DNA of 64,000 nucleotides from an uncultured Candidatus Bathyarchaeia archaeon (GTDB lineage Archaea; Thermoproteota; Bathyarchaeia; Bathyarchaeales; DTEX01). The stretch spans positions 10,824-74,823 of the forward strand of contig CAYXIF010000002.1 in assembly GCA_964465575.1 (NCBI GenBank). The letters run 5' to 3'. Under the pieces are notes generated by a model. The model was given only the letters and a program-made list of their open reading frames with translations, ran no database searches and was not told the origin of the DNA. Below, piece by piece: positions 63,825 through 64,000 of the stretch. Made by a program: the position numbers and the translations under genes. Every line of letters begins with the position of its first letter. Position 1 is the first letter of the stretch.

Positions 63825-64000
63825 CTACTTTTCATTGGTATCTTTTGACTGGGCTTCTTCCCATTCACGTCGCGTCATACGCTGTCTTGGAGCCAGGAAC
63901 TTGCCTATTGTATGTGCAAAGGCGTCTAGGTCTGGAGGGCAACCTGGGACGAACTCTCCTTTCAGCTTATTATAGAACGTGGGTGCCAAGCAGCTACCGC
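63825..64000 (-). CDS. C-terminal fragment of a [NiFe]-hydrogenase small-subunit / NuoB-like (20 kDa) family protein (partial; N-terminus beyond the window end)
   Basis: The minus-strand frame reads ..GSCLAPTFYNKLKGEFVPGCPPDLDAFAHTIGKFL..EK-stop (TAG at 63827..63825). The [IV]-P-G-C-P-P motif is typical of this family. Confidence 0.4.
   Translation of the reverse strand, partial: GSCLAPTFYNKLKGEFVPGCPPDLDAFAHTIGKFLAPRQRMTRREWEEAQSKDTNEK

Noticed and set aside
1-64000. CRISPR arrays, rRNA genes, intact IS elements or transposases.
   Set aside because: No regularly spaced 25-40-nt repeats, no rRNA-like conserved blocks and no transposase-like ORFs were seen on either strand.

Overview
This window reads as a core chromosomal segment of an archaeon. 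All calls come from reading the sequence and the ORF track by eye and from recognising motifs; no search or computation was run, so family names are motif-level assignments.

The archaeal assignment rests on gene content:
- a ThiD-ThiN fusion
- an AMP phosphorylase
- archaeal-type TyrRS and LeuRS
- an Nre-family protein
- a tungsten-type aldehyde:ferredoxin oxidoreductase
- a type-A-like RNase P RNA
- a tRNA carrying bulge-helix-bulge (BHB) introns

About 60 protein genes are supported. They cover housekeeping (tyrS, leuS, gatCA, thiDN), a glycerol module (glpK convergent with a glpA-like three-gene set), and two carbohydrate/sugar-acid-looking clusters. There are also a GH42 beta-galactosidase, three URO-D-family methyltransferase-like paralogues and an ABC transporter.

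Three RNA genes are invisible to the ORF track:
- RNase P RNA at 14810..15137 (-)
- tRNA-Pro(CGG) at 35588..35662 (+)
- a 118-nt tRNA at 38007..38124 (-), which resolves to tRNA-Arg(UCG) only after two BHB introns are removed

The most interesting observations, in order:
1. A class III ribonucleotide reductase (NrdD) homologue has both radical residues substituted (Cys->Met, Gly->Arg) and is fused to an N-terminal winged helix plus an ATP-cone-like segment. No activase gene is in the window. It is a candidate pseudoenzyme-turned-regulator.
2. The two-intron tRNA-Arg has BHB structures that are mutually exclusive, which implies ordered splicing.
3. A tyrosine-recombinase C-terminal relic runs into tRNA-Pro at the edge of an AT-richer, gene-poor block (about 28.4-35.6 kb) that also holds a tRNA 3'-half-like fragment.
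4. The HIGH-motif N-terminus of LeuRS lies in an open frame with no canonical start codon, +1 relative to a well-placed ATG.
5. A lactonase / aldolase / MDR dehydrogenase / AOR + ferredoxin cluster resembles a non-phosphorylative Entner-Doudoroff-like route that lacks its dehydratase.

No CRISPR array, rRNA gene or intact mobile element was seen.
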